Positions 46,350 through 56,591 of a stretch of DNA of 64,000 nucleotides are shown here, piece by piece (positions within the stretch are counted from its first letter, which is position 1; every line of letters begins with the position of its first letter). Both the position numbers and the translations under genes were made by a program. The notes beneath the pieces were generated by a model. The model ran no database searches and was not told the DNA's origin. It saw only the letters and a list, made by a program, of their open reading frames with translations. Source of the stretch: Hyphomicrobiales bacterium (GTDB taxonomy: Bacteria > Bacteroidota > Bacteroidia > Bacteroidales > JBGRPZ01); contig JBGRPZ010000003.1 in assembly GCA_041725915.1 (NCBI GenBank), positions 5,209 to 69,208 of the forward strand. Direction: 5' to 3'.

Positions 46350-47062
46350 TAAGTTGCATAATTATAGAAGATCAGCCACCTGCACAAAGAATACTACAAA
46401 AGTATATCAAGGATATAGGAACTTTAAACCTTAAAGGAATATTCAATAATGCTATAGAAGCTCTGGAATTCCTAAAGAAAGAAAAAGTAGATCTTCTGTT
46501 TCTTGATATTCACTTACCTAAAATATCAGGCCTCAATCTTATTCAGTTACTGGATTATAAACCTCAAATAATATTGACTACTGCATTCCCTGATTATGCA
46601 TTAGAGAGCTTTGAATATGATGTATTGGATTATCTGTTGAAACCCTTTTCTTTTGACCGCTTCGTTAAATCTATACTTAAATATCAAAGCTTATTCTGTC
46701 AGGAAAATACAGAAAGCTCAAGCCCGGAAAACAATTCTAATGATACTCCTTTTATCTTTGTAAAGTCCGGACATGATTTAGTCAAAGTAGATATCAACTC
46801 CATTGAATATATAAAGTCCGAAGGTGACTATACATCTCTGTTCTCTGGTGGAAAGAGATATCTGGTCAATAATCCTCTAAAATACTGGCTCAATTTCCTG
46901 ACAAATCAATACTTCTTTCAGGTACATAAATCTTATGTGGTCAACATAAACTTTATTGACAAAATATCAGGAAACCAGATCTACATACAAACAGAGATTA
47001 TACCCATTGGCAGAGCATTTAAAGATAAATTCATAAATGCATTAAACAAGCTCCAAGCCTAG
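46346..47062 (+). CDS. LytTR-family DNA-binding response regulator
   Basis: 238-aa ORF overlapping the kinase gene by 4 nt. The receiver region is 'IIIEDQPPA...DLLFLDIHLPKISG...LKP'. The C-terminal LytTR region is 'IEYIKSEGDYTSLF...FFQVHKSYVVNINFI'. Confidence 0.9.
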   Translation: MISCIIIEDQPPAQRILQKYIKDIGTLNLKGIFNNAIEALEFLKKEKVDLLFLDIHLPKISGLNLIQLLDYKPQIILTTAFPDYALESFEYDVLDYLLKPFSFDRFVKSILKYQSLFCQENTESSSPENNSNDTPFIFVKSGHDLVKVDINSIEYIKSEGDYTSLFSGGKRYLVNNPLKYWLNFLTNQYFFQVHKSYVVNINFIDKISGNQIYIQTEIIPIGRAFKDKFINALNKLQA

Positions 47063-48294
47063 TTTGGAGCTCCTATTTCCTGTAGTATCGTATTATAGGG
47101 ATATACTTCATCTAAGATGAGATCATTTTCTTCGTTCTCAGGTATATCAAACTTATCCTGATGTTTTTCTTTTATCTCTCCCAATGTATTATCCCACAAC
47201 TCCCATAAGAATTGCAACTGCAAATCATTGTGTAATGTTTGTATTAAATATACTGTTGTATCAAAGTCTGACTCTATCAACTCGGCAACCTTCAATATTA
47301 CCTTCTTTGCTCTTTTTCTCTTGATCCTATCACTTTGGTGCCTATATTGCTTATACAATATGCCTATGTCTATTCCTCCCCTTATACCTAATATCCTCAA
47401 ATCTGCACTTTTCCCCTCAATATAACAACTCAAAAAAGCCTGATCAATCAGATCCAGTAATGACTTCCACCCTATATTCATTCTCAAAAATATCTTTATT
47501 GGATCAGAATAAGCCAACTGAGCAACACTTGTAATATTTATATCATGAAAACGCCTTAATACTTGTGGTGAGATTCCATCTAATTTCGAAAAACCAACAA
47601 CATCATTGTTCTTCTCTTTAAACCCATCTACCTTCAATAGCTTTTGTATGATCTTTCTCGAGAAATCTGATAATATTGTACGTGTAAATCCTACAGGAAA
47701 CACGCCAAGGCTAAAGGATAATAAATACTTTACATGTGTACCCAAATCTGATTTCATGATGATGAATGATAATACTACTGAAACCATAATCTTCAACCAT
47801 ACATAATGAATAGAATCCGGCGTAAGGTCTGTATTTTGCCTTCTCTTCAATATATCATGTAAACCCCAAACATAACTGCCTATAAATGCTAGTATAATCT
47901 CTGTAGGAAGTTTGTTAATCTCTATTGTTTCTATATCTACAACTGCACCTGACTTGAGTATAGATGTGAACAGAACATATAAAAACCCCAATAAAGTAAC
48001 ACTAAACAGCGTGAGTGTAGGCAACAGAAAGCTATTTCGTGAGAAATAAATAATATCAAAGACCTTTTGCATGTCTCCATTTCTCTCTTTTTCTGTTTCA
48101 CTTCCACCACCAACATTACAATTACTCAAATAAACTTTGGTGTAATACTTCCTCAATACATTATCATTCCTGAATATGTTTTCAAAGTTCCCCTTTTTTC
48201 TTCCTAATGTATATCTATAACTATAAATCAATATTGGACATAATGCTGATAAGAAAACAGCAACCCATATAAGAACATAATAATACAAATTCAT
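47059..48294 (-). CDS. Hypothetical multi-pass membrane protein, no recognised family
   Basis: 411-aa ORF with TM segments at aa ~5-25, ~90-110, ~135-150, ~170-185 and ~195-210. The C-terminal ~190 aa are soluble. Its 3' end overlaps the stop of the convergent LytTR gene by 4 nt. Confidence 0.55.
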   Translation of the reverse strand: MNLYYYVLIWVAVFLSALCPILIYSYRYTLGRKKGNFENIFRNDNVLRKYYTKVYLSNCNVGGGSETEKERNGDMQKVFDIIYFSRNSFLLPTLTLFSVTLLGFLYVLFTSILKSGAVVDIETIEINKLPTEIILAFIGSYVWGLHDILKRRQNTDLTPDSIHYVWLKIMVSVVLSFIIMKSDLGTHVKYLLSFSLGVFPVGFTRTILSDFSRKIIQKLLKVDGFKEKNNDVVGFSKLDGISPQVLRRFHDINITSVAQLAYSDPIKIFLRMNIGWKSLLDLIDQAFLSCYIEGKSADLRILGIRGGIDIGILYKQYRHQSDRIKRKRAKKVILKVAELIESDFDTTVYLIQTLHNDLQLQFLWELWDNTLGEIKEKHQDKFDIPENEENDLILDEVYPYNTILQEIGAPN

Positions 48295-48515
48295 AACTCA
48301 ATGCTTACACTTAATGATTAATCCAGAACAAACTCTCTATCTAATCATGAAAGATATAAAACTTTTACAGAATACAATGATAACATACCATCCAAATAAC
48401 ATCACTACTAAAGTATACTCCGTTGCCTTTACCTAAAACAACCTAATACAGTACCTTCAACACACCAATATATTTACTATATAACGCTTCTGCCCCACCG
48501 AAGTACAATATATAG

Positions 48516-48641
48516 GTCGACGGGGTACAAAGTGTAAGTCGACGGGGTACAAAGTGTAAGTCGACGGGGTACAAAGTGTAAGTCGACGGGGTACAAAGTG
48601 TAAGTCGGCGGGGTACAAAGTGTAAGTCGGCGGGGTACACT
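48516..48641. repeat. GC-rich 22-bp tandem repeat, 5 full units + 1 partial (GTCGACGGGGTACAAAGTGTAA)
   Basis: Units start at 48516, 48538, 48560, 48582, 48604 and 48626. The last two carry an A-to-G change (gtcggcgggg). The array stands out against AT-rich flanks. Confidence 0.9.
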
Positions 48642-49064
48642 CCCGGACTCGATGAGTCAAGACCATTTATAGGTAAAGAGAATGTATGTAGATAGGTAAA
48701 GTATTAACTTGTTATAGGTACTGACATTCCCTTTTTCTTGTAGGCTTATTCAAACTAAAACCCCCAAGGTAGATATGAAATCATAGTATAGACTCCTTTT
48801 CTTATTTAGAAAGCCTAAATATTATCTTAATTTTCAAATTAATTCAGTATAGTAGTTAAATGCATTCAACAAGCAATATCAGCTTATATAAAGCCTAAGT
48901 TATGGAAAGGGAAAAATAATTAAATTTTTTTTCTTAATCTAAGAAATACTAAGCTAGACACTTAGAGATAATACTTAATGACAAGTGAAAAAAAAGGATA
49001 AAAACATTTGCATATAAGTAAATTTATTGTTTATCTTTGCAGCGCAAATAACGAAAAACAAAAG

Positions 49065-49137
49065 GCGAAAGTAGCTCAGCTGGTAGAGCATAACCTTGCC
49101 AAGGTTAGGGTCGCGGGTTCGAATCCCGTCTTTCGCT
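49065..49137 (+). tRNA. tRNA-Gly (anticodon GCC)
   Basis: The cloverleaf was folded by hand. The acceptor pairs GCGAAAG with CTTTCGC and the D arm is GCTC-AGCTGGTA-GAGC. The anticodon stem-loop TAACC-TTGCCAA-GGTTA gives GCC, and the T arm is GCGGG-TTCGAAT-CCCGT. No encoded CCA. Confidence 0.9.
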
Positions 49138-49168
49138 CAAAATCGTTCTGATTTTATTTTAAAACCAC

Positions 49169-49253
49169 GCCCAGATGGTGGAATTGGTAGACACGTTGGA
49201 CTTAAAATCCAATGACCGTTGAGGTCGTGTGGGTTCAAGTCCCACTCTGGGTA
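49169..49253 (+). tRNA. tRNA-Leu (anticodon TAA), class II with long variable arm
   Basis: The acceptor pairs GCCCAGA with TCTGGGT. The anticodon stem-loop TTGGA-CTTAAAA-TCCAA gives TAA. The long variable arm is TGACCGTTGAGGTCGT, and the T arm is GTGGG-TTCAAGT-CCCAC. Confidence 0.9.
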
Positions 49254-49256
49254 CCG

Positions 49257-49289
49257 AGGCAAGTTCTTTTTTAGAGCTTGCCTTTTTTT
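49257..49289 (+). terminator. Rho-independent terminator after the tRNA pair
   Basis: aggcaag ... cttgcct hairpin followed by tttttt. Confidence 0.65.
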
Positions 49290-49411
49290 GTACCTATTCT
49301 TTTCGTTTAACCTCCATTGTATATATATTCCGTTTAATTAGAACAATTAAACATATTTTTTAAAGCAATTCTTTATATTTGGTTATTTTGAAAATATTTA
49401 ACCCAGAAAAG

Positions 49412-50164
49412 ATGCTTAGAAAATATAAACTTGAGGTTTGCTCAAACTCCATCCAATCAGCGATAAATGCAGAAAATGGAGGTGCTGACAGAATCGAATT
49501 ATGCGATAATCTACTCGAAGGAGGTACTACACCTTCTTATGCCTGCCTTGATATAGCCAAATCTATTCTTTCAATTCCTATAAATGTACTTATCAGACCC
49601 AGAGGAGGAGATTTTCTATATAACCCAATAGAAAAGGAAATTATACTAAGAGATATAGAATACTGTAGAGATCTTAATCTTAATGGGGTTGTCATTGGAT
49701 GCCTGAATAAAGAAGGGGAGATTGATATTGACTTCCTTGATCATATGCTTGAGATTGCAGGGCCCATGAGCATCACTTTCCACAGAGCTATTGATATGGC
49801 AAAAGATATGATCGAAAGCGTAGAGATCCTAAAGAGAAGAGGAATTAATAGGATTCTAACTTCCGGAGGAGCTGCAAATGCTATAGAAGGTAAAGAGACG
49901 ATAAGACGAATGGTAGAAGCTGCCTCTGGTAAAATAAGTATTATGGCAGGAGGAGGTATCAATTCTGATAATATAGCCTCTCTTATAGAATATACAAACA
50001 TTACAGAATGTCATGTCTCCGGCAAACATCAAAAACAAAGCTCTATGGAGTATAAGAAAACAGATGTTAACATGAATGGACAGGTAGACTATGATGAATA
50101 TTCTATAATGGAAACTTCAGAAAAGGCCATACAAAACATCATTGGGATATTAAATAATATGTAA
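49412..50164 (+). CDS. cutC: Copper homeostasis protein CutC family
   Basis: The track ORF starts at 49379, but the ATG at 49412 (MLRKYKLEVCSNS...) fits the family. 'EVCSNSIQSAINAENGGADRIELCDNLLEGGTTPS' and 'ITFHRAID' match the CutC TIM-barrel pattern. Confidence 0.85.
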   Translation: MLRKYKLEVCSNSIQSAINAENGGADRIELCDNLLEGGTTPSYACLDIAKSILSIPINVLIRPRGGDFLYNPIEKEIILRDIEYCRDLNLNGVVIGCLNKEGEIDIDFLDHMLEIAGPMSITFHRAIDMAKDMIESVEILKRRGINRILTSGGAANAIEGKETIRRMVEAASGKISIMAGGGINSDNIASLIEYTNITECHVSGKHQKQSSMEYKKTDVNMNGQVDYDEYSIMETSEKAIQNIIGILNNM

Positions 50165-50168
50165 ACTT

Positions 50169-52703
50169 ATGAGAAAAACGGTACAAATACTCTTTATATT
50201 TATCTCTCTCTGCTTTATAGTTGCTTGTAGTAATGAAGCATCTAAAAATGAAGTCAAAGACCTTTGCGAAGAAGATTGGACTTTCATAAAGGGAAATAAA
50301 ACCTATAAAGCAGAAGTCCCTGGTAATATATTCTCAGATCTTTATCTTAATGAGATTATAGATAATCCATTCGATCAGGATAATGAGAAAAAGCTGGAAT
50401 GGGTGAATCAATCAGATTGGATATATTCTACTACATTCACCTGTGACGACAAATTCCTTGCTAAGGATGCTATAGAACTTTGTTTTTATGGCCTTGACAC
50501 CTATTCAAAAGTCTATCTGAACGATCAGTATATTCTTACTACTGATAATATGTTCAGGAAATACATTATTGATGTAAAAAAGCATATTACAAACAACAAC
50601 ACTCTAAAGATTGTATTCAGTAGTGCTGAAAGAATAACAGACAGCATCGCAAAAACAGAATCAATACAATTACCAGATAAAAGAGCTTATCTAAGAAAAG
50701 CACCTTTTCAGTTTGGATGGGATTGGGGACCTAAGTTTATCACCTGTGGCATTTATCGTCCAGTTTCCCTTAAGGCTTATAATAAAGTATCTCTCAAGGA
50801 TGCTATTATGATTCCTGATTATGACATTGAAAAGAATTTGGCAAAACTGGATGGTAAGATAAGAGTAAACATAAAGAACAAAACAGATCTTAGATTAAAA
50901 GTTAAGTCTGATAGCAAAACATACTATAATCGTAAGATAAAGGCTGATCAACTAAAAGACACTATAAACTTTCAGTTTGTAATCAATGAGCCTAAAGTTT
51001 GGTGGCCTACAGGAATGGGAGAGCCAAATCTATATAACTTCAGGCTTGAACTTTGGGATGGAAATACAAAGGTCGAAGAGAAGAATATACAAACAGGAAT
51101 ACGAAAGATTGAACTTATTCAAGAGGCAGACAAGAAAGGAAAGTCTTTTTATTTCAAGATCAATGGAAGGCCATTCTTTGCAAAAGGAGTAAACTATATT
51201 CCTCAAGATATTTTCCTGACTGATGTAAGTGATAAACAATATCAAGAGCTCCTAAACACAGTTATTGAGTCAAATATAAATATGCTTAGAGTTTGGGGTG
51301 GTGGAGTCTATGAAAAAGATATTTTCTACAATCTATGTGATAAACATGGTATAATGATATGGCAAGACTTTATGTTTGCCTGCAATATGTATCCCGGCAG
51401 TGAACGCTTTCTTGATTCTGTAGAAGAAGAAATACAAGATAATATATATAGAATAGGATCTCACCCTTCTATCATCTTATGGTGTGGTAACAATGAGTGC
51501 CGCGAAGGATGGGAGAATTGGGGCTGGCAAAAAAGCCTTAACTACTCTTATAGTGATTCAACAAAAGTATGGAAAGACTACAAAGAGTTGTTTATAAATC
51601 GTATTCCTTCTACCCTAAAGAAACTTGATCCAAGCAGACCTTATTGGGAATCCTCCCCTTCTATTGGTTGGGGACATCCGGAAAGTTTATTGTCAGGAGA
51701 CGCTCACTATTGGGGAGTCTGGTGGGGTGCTGAACCTTTTGAAGTCTACAACAATAAAGTAGGCCGATTTATGACTGAATATGGCACACAATCATATCCT
51801 TCAATGAAAACTATTCAAACGTTCACCCCTGATTCAATGATATATATAGATTCACCAATACTTGCCCAACATCAAAAACATCCAAGAGGTAAGGAGTTGA
51901 ATGAATTATATATGAAAAGATATTTCTCTGTTCCTAAAGATATCTTCAACTATATCTATAGCAGTCAATGCACACAAGCATATGGTATCAATACTGCATT
52001 AAGTGCACACAGAAGATCTGCACCATATTGCATGGGGTCTTTCTATTGGCAGCTAAATGACTGTTGGCCTGTGATATCATGGTCTTCTATAGATTATTTC
52101 GGTAGATGGAAGCCTTTACAATATGTTGTTAAAGAGATTTACAAACCTCTGACTATAGCCTTAGAAAAAGGAGAAGACCATATTAAATTCTATGGCATAT
52201 CAGATAGCTTGAAGGAAAAAGAAGTACAATATAGTATTGAGCTCAAGAAAATGGATGGAACAATCATTAAAGAGTACAGAGGGGACATTACCCTTATTCC
52301 TAATAGCAGCACATTGTTACTAAACAAAAAAAATGCTAATTTCTTAGACGGATACTCTATAAATGATATTTATGTTGTAAGCCGCTTATATGCTCATAAA
52401 GAAAAGATATTTGAGAAAATATTCATCCTAAATAAGCCAAATAAATTAAATATAAAAAATCCTAACTTGAGTGTAAACGTTATACCTTCACCTGAAGGGG
52501 CTGTTATATACCTAAACACTAAAACATTTACGCCATTTGTATGGATGGAGAATTACAATTCTATTGAGGGGAAATTTGAAGAAAATTTTTTCCATTTAGA
52601 GGCTGGCAAGGAGAAGAAGATCATATGGAGATCTCAGGATTATCCATCTGATTTAAAGCAAACACTTAAGGTATTTTCTCTTTATGATATAGTAAAAAAC
52701 TAA
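50169..52703 (+). CDS. Glycoside hydrolase family 2, beta-mannosidase-like
   Basis: 844-aa ORF with a lipoprotein-type signal (FIVACSN). 'FQFGWDWGP', 'NMLRVWGGGVYE', 'WCGNNECREGW' and 'FMTEYGTQSYP' are typical of GH2 beta-mannosidases. Confidence 0.85.
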   Translation: MRKTVQILFIFISLCFIVACSNEASKNEVKDLCEEDWTFIKGNKTYKAEVPGNIFSDLYLNEIIDNPFDQDNEKKLEWVNQSDWIYSTTFTCDDKFLAKDAIELCFYGLDTYSKVYLNDQYILTTDNMFRKYIIDVKKHITNNNTLKIVFSSAERITDSIAKTESIQLPDKRAYLRKAPFQFGWDWGPKFITCGIYRPVSLKAYNKVSLKDAIMIPDYDIEKNLAKLDGKIRVNIKNKTDLRLKVKSDSKTYYNRKIKADQLKDTINFQFVINEPKVWWPTGMGEPNLYNFRLELWDGNTKVEEKNIQTGIRKIELIQEADKKGKSFYFKINGRPFFAKGVNYIPQDIFLTDVSDKQYQELLNTVIESNINMLRVWGGGVYEKDIFYNLCDKHGIMIWQDFMFACNMYPGSERFLDSVEEEIQDNIYRIGSHPSIILWCGNNECREGWENWGWQKSLNYSYSDSTKVWKDYKELFINRIPSTLKKLDPSRPYWESSPSIGWGHPESLLSGDAHYWGVWWGAEPFEVYNNKVGRFMTEYGTQSYPSMKTIQTFTPDSMIYIDSPILAQHQKHPRGKELNELYMKRYFSVPKDIFNYIYSSQCTQAYGINTALSAHRRSAPYCMGSFYWQLNDCWPVISWSSIDYFGRWKPLQYVVKEIYKPLTIALEKGEDHIKFYGISDSLKEKEVQYSIELKKMDGTIIKEYRGDITLIPNSSTLLLNKKNANFLDGYSINDIYVVSRLYAHKEKIFEKIFILNKPNKLNIKNPNLSVNVIPSPEGAVIYLNTKTFTPFVWMENYNSIEGKFEENFFHLEAGKEKKIIWRSQDYPSDLKQTLKVFSLYDIVKN

Positions 52704-52760
52704 TATTATCATAGATATACAGAAAGCGTATTTCTTAAGATTCTATAAACAAACAAAGAA

Positions 52761-54152
52761 ATGGAACAAAAAGCAAACACCAAAAGTTATACCTCAGCAT
52801 TCATATGGGTTACAATGCTCTTTTTCATGTGGGGTTTCATGACTGTAATGAATGATGTGTTAATCCCTCATCTAAAAAAAGTATTTGATCTCAACTATGT
52901 ACAATCAATGCTTGTCCAATTTTCGTTTTTTGGAGCATACTTTATTGGATCAGTAGCATATTATATTTTATCTTCTTTACATGGTGATCCCATTCTAAAA
53001 ATAGGTTATAAGAATGGGATTCTTCTTGGGTTGTTATTATCATGTGTTGGAGCATTTTTATTCTTTCCAGCAGCAGAATTCGAACAATATGGTTTCTTCT
53101 TGGCTGCATTGTTTATTCTAGGGCTTGGCTTTACATTGTTGCAAATTAGTGCAAATCCATATGTTGCTATCTTAGGGCCTGAACGCTCTGCTTCAGCAAG
53201 GTTAAACTTATCTCAGGCTTTTAACTCTTTAGGAACCACTATTGGTCCTTTAATTGGTGGATGGGCTATCTTCCAGTATACAAAAGAATTCGGATTAACA
53301 GGATCTGATGCAGTGAAAATACCATATCTTGTATTTGGTATCATATTCGTTCTGCTGTTGGTTGTTATTGCTTTGGCAAAACTTCCAAAGATGACAAATT
53401 CAGAATCTACAGAAAAAAAGCCAAGAGCTTTTGCCTTTCCTCAACTACGCTTTGGGATGTTTGCTATTTTCTTTTATGTAGGAGCAGAAGTTAGTATCGG
53501 AAGTTTTCTTGTAAACTATTTAGGTCATAGTTCTATTGCAGGTCTTGACGAAGCTGCGGCTAGTTCTTTTCTTGCGTTATACTGGGGAGGACAAATGATT
53601 GGAAGGTTCTTAGGTGCTATTTCATTAAGCAACATGAAGAACAAGTTTTTGAAGAATGCACTAATGATAGTGATTCCAATATTGGCCTTTATTATCATAG
53701 GACTTAATTACGGCTTTAGAGAGACATACCCATATCTCATCTTATTAGTTGTAAACTATATAGCATTTAAGCTTGGTAGATCTATTGCAAACAAGACATT
53801 ATACATATTTGCCATATTCAATATATGCTTACTGATAGTATCTCTAATCTTTGGTGGATTTGTTTCAATGTGGGCAGTACTAGGTATAGGGCTATTTAAC
53901 TCAATTATGTGGTCAAATATCTTTACTTTATCTATTGCTAAGTTAGATCATCATACTAATCAGGGTTCTTCTCTATTAGTAATGATGATAGTTGGAGGAG
54001 CCGTATTACCTCTTTTTATGGGCTTTGTTGCTGATCAGGTAGGTATAATAACATCAATGGTAGTACCTATAATCTGTTATATATATATTGCATTCTTTGG
54101 AATATATGGCTACAAACCAAAAGACGCATCATTAATTGATAAAACAGAATAA
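52761..54152 (+). CDS. Sugar MFS transporter (FucP / glucose-galactose transporter family)
   Basis: 463-aa ORF with 12 hydrophobic helices. 'MLFFMWGFMTVMNDVLIPHLKKVF' and 'NPYVAILGP' are typical of the FucP/GluP subfamily. Confidence 0.82.
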   Translation: MEQKANTKSYTSAFIWVTMLFFMWGFMTVMNDVLIPHLKKVFDLNYVQSMLVQFSFFGAYFIGSVAYYILSSLHGDPILKIGYKNGILLGLLLSCVGAFLFFPAAEFEQYGFFLAALFILGLGFTLLQISANPYVAILGPERSASARLNLSQAFNSLGTTIGPLIGGWAIFQYTKEFGLTGSDAVKIPYLVFGIIFVLLLVVIALAKLPKMTNSESTEKKPRAFAFPQLRFGMFAIFFYVGAEVSIGSFLVNYLGHSSIAGLDEAAASSFLALYWGGQMIGRFLGAISLSNMKNKFLKNALMIVIPILAFIIIGLNYGFRETYPYLILLVVNYIAFKLGRSIANKTLYIFAIFNICLLIVSLIFGGFVSMWAVLGIGLFNSIMWSNIFTLSIAKLDHHTNQGSSLLVMMIVGGAVLPLFMGFVADQVGIITSMVVPIICYIYIAFFGIYGYKPKDASLIDKTE

Positions 54153-54250
54153 AGTATAATCAGGATAATAAGAGCAGAAACTCTTATTATCCTGATCTCT
54201 ACAACAAGTAATTTAATTCTCTTTATAAACACATTAACAAACATCATTTT

Positions 54251-56545
54251 ATGAGAATAAGATCTACTCTTTTAATAACCTTAATTGCAATATCGGGGCT
54301 TTTCTTTTCATGTGAGAATAAAAGTATGCACATTAAGATTATACCTAGCCCAAGTGGAAGACTATATAGCAAGCCTGGTTCATTCAAAATAGATGAAAAT
54401 ACCCGAATAGTAATCAATTCTGAAGAAGAAAGAGCTGTTGCAGAATATCTATCTAATCAGTTCAAAAAGTATAGCTCTTTACAAGCAGATATAATTAAGT
54501 TCTCAGAGCTAAAGAAGTTAAAGAATGATATTGTATTATACATTGACCCTCAAAACAAGAGAATAAAGAAAGAAGGGTATATTATTGGTGTTGATAAAGC
54601 TATAAACATAAAGGCAAAAGATAACACAGGTTGTTTCTATGCTATTCAAAGTTTATTACAATTACTTCCACCTGATTTCTATTCAGAAAACAAAGCTGAT
54701 GAATATATTATTCCATTAGCCTTTATTAGTGACAATCCAAGATTTAAGTATCGTGGAATGCATTTAGATGTTTGCAGGCACTTCTTTTCTGTAGACTTTA
54801 TAAAGAGATATCTTGATATGATGGCAATGTACAAGATGAATAGATTCCATTGGCATTTAACAGAAGATCAAGGATGGAGAATAGAAATCAAGAAATATCC
54901 AAAGTTAACAGATATAGGAGCATGGAGAATAGAAAAAGACGGAACTAAGTATGGAGGATATTACACTCAAGAACAAATCAAAGAGATTGTTGATTATGCC
55001 AGCAAATTAAATATAACTGTAATTCCTGAAATAGAACTCCCGGGGCATAGTTTAGCTGCTCTTGCTGCTTATCCTGAGCTATCATGTAATGATGGTACTT
55101 ACAAGGTAGAAAACAATTGGGGTATCTTCCCTGATGTTTACTGTCCGGGAAAAGAAAGCACCTTTGTATTCCTTCAGAATGTGCTGGATGAAATAACACC
55201 TCTCTTTCCTTCAGAATATATTCACATTGGCGGTGATGAATGCCCAAAAACAAGATGGAAGAAATGCCCTAAGTGTCAGAAGAGAATAAAAGACGAAAAG
55301 CTTAAGAATGAAGAAGAACTACAATCTTATTTCATTCAAAGAATAGAAAGGTATTTAAACAACAAGGGTAAACAGATTATTGGTTGGGATGAAATCCTTG
55401 AAGGAGGCCTTGCACCTAATGCTACTGTTATGTCATGGAGAGGTATCTCAGGAGGTATTGAAGCTGCGGAGAGTGGACATAATGTGATAATGACCCCTAA
55501 CTCTCATTGTTACTTTGACCATTATCAAGGAGATCCTGAGTTTCATCCTAAAGCTATTGGTGGCTATACCACTCTAAAGAAAGTCTATGATTATGAGCCT
55601 ATCCCTACAAAGCTAAGTGAATCTGAAGGAAAGTTCATTTTAGGTGCTCAAGGGAACGTATGGACTGAATATATTCATACTCCGGAACATGTTGAATATA
55701 TGATGATGCCTAGAATGGTTGCTCTGTCTGAGATCTTATGGACAAGAAAGAAAAGACGTAATTATAAAAAATTCCGAAAAAACCTAAAAGATCATTTTAT
55801 CAAGTTTGATCATCTAGGGATAAACTATTGTAAAGGTTCTTATAAGGTTGATATTATCGCAGAGAAAGATTCTACAGACAACATACTTGTAACTTTAGAG
55901 TCTGAAATCCCTGATGTAGAGATACGTTATTCACTGAATAATGAACAACTAGATACTTCTGCAAATATTTATAGCAAGCCTTTTACTATAAATGAATCTG
56001 TCTTAATTAAAGCTGCAATATTCGAAAACAATGCCATTAAAGAGAAATGTTCAGAGTTAGAATACACCAAGCACAAGGGTGTTGATAAAAAGATTTCTTT
56101 CAAAGAAAAAGCAGAACATAACTATTCAGGCAAAGGTCTGAATAATGCTATTGATGGCTTCAAGGGATCCAAAATATATAAAGATGGATATTGGCAAGGA
56201 TTCTATAACAAAGATATTGTAGCTGTAATAGATTTAGAGAAAACAACCAAAGTTGACAGCGTTGAATGTGGGTTTATCCATAAACCTAAGAGCTGGATCT
56301 TTGAACCATCAACTATTGATATTCTTACTTCCAATGATGGCATTAAGTATAATAAGGTGAATTCATACCATCCGAAAAGTCAAAAAGATTTAGAGTCATT
56401 GTCTATACAAAGGGTAAATATTCCTGTAAACAAAGATTGTCAGTATTTAAAGTTGATAGCAAAAGGTGTTAAGACAATGCCTTCATGGCATCCTGCTTCA
56501 GGAGAGCCAGCTTACTTATTTATTGATGAAATTGTAATTTATTAA
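54251..56545 (+). CDS. GH20 beta-N-acetylhexosaminidase with C-terminal F5/8-type-C (discoidin-like) domain
   Basis: 764-aa ORF. 'RGMHLDVCRHFF', 'NRFHWHLTEDQGWRIEIKKYPKLT', 'EIELPGHS' and 'IHIGGDEC' are GH20 signatures. The C-terminal ~150 aa resemble the C-terminal domain of the GH92 protein. Confidence 0.9.
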   Translation: MRIRSTLLITLIAISGLFFSCENKSMHIKIIPSPSGRLYSKPGSFKIDENTRIVINSEEERAVAEYLSNQFKKYSSLQADIIKFSELKKLKNDIVLYIDPQNKRIKKEGYIIGVDKAINIKAKDNTGCFYAIQSLLQLLPPDFYSENKADEYIIPLAFISDNPRFKYRGMHLDVCRHFFSVDFIKRYLDMMAMYKMNRFHWHLTEDQGWRIEIKKYPKLTDIGAWRIEKDGTKYGGYYTQEQIKEIVDYASKLNITVIPEIELPGHSLAALAAYPELSCNDGTYKVENNWGIFPDVYCPGKESTFVFLQNVLDEITPLFPSEYIHIGGDECPKTRWKKCPKCQKRIKDEKLKNEEELQSYFIQRIERYLNNKGKQIIGWDEILEGGLAPNATVMSWRGISGGIEAAESGHNVIMTPNSHCYFDHYQGDPEFHPKAIGGYTTLKKVYDYEPIPTKLSESEGKFILGAQGNVWTEYIHTPEHVEYMMMPRMVALSEILWTRKKRRNYKKFRKNLKDHFIKFDHLGINYCKGSYKVDIIAEKDSTDNILVTLESEIPDVEIRYSLNNEQLDTSANIYSKPFTINESVLIKAAIFENNAIKEKCSELEYTKHKGVDKKISFKEKAEHNYSGKGLNNAIDGFKGSKIYKDGYWQGFYNKDIVAVIDLEKTTKVDSVECGFIHKPKSWIFEPSTIDILTSNDGIKYNKVNSYHPKSQKDLESLSIQRVNIPVNKDCQYLKLIAKGVKTMPSWHPASGEPAYLFIDEIVIY

Positions 56546-56550
56546 AACCT

Positions 56551-56576
56551 AAGCCTCTTGTTTAAGAGGCTTTTTT
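56551..56576 (+). terminator. Hairpin + T-run after the GH20 gene
   Basis: aagcctctt-gttt-aagaggctt followed by tttt. Confidence 0.55.
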
Positions 56577-56591
56577 CAATAAAGATATAAA

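Noticed and set aside
48443-48666. Two overlapping minus-strand ORFs (65 and 69 aa) encode repetitive peptides ('LHFVPRRLTLCTPSTYTLYP...').
   Set aside because: They are artefacts of translating the 22-bp x6 tandem DNA repeat. The open frames appear in two frames at once, and there is no start context.
49065-49253. I considered whether the tRNA-Gly/tRNA-Leu pair is the integration site of a genomic island.
   Set aside because: No integrase gene is present, I could find no direct repeat of a tRNA 3' end, and the flanking genes are ordinary metabolism. The idea is kept only as a weak alternative explanation for the nearby 22-bp array.
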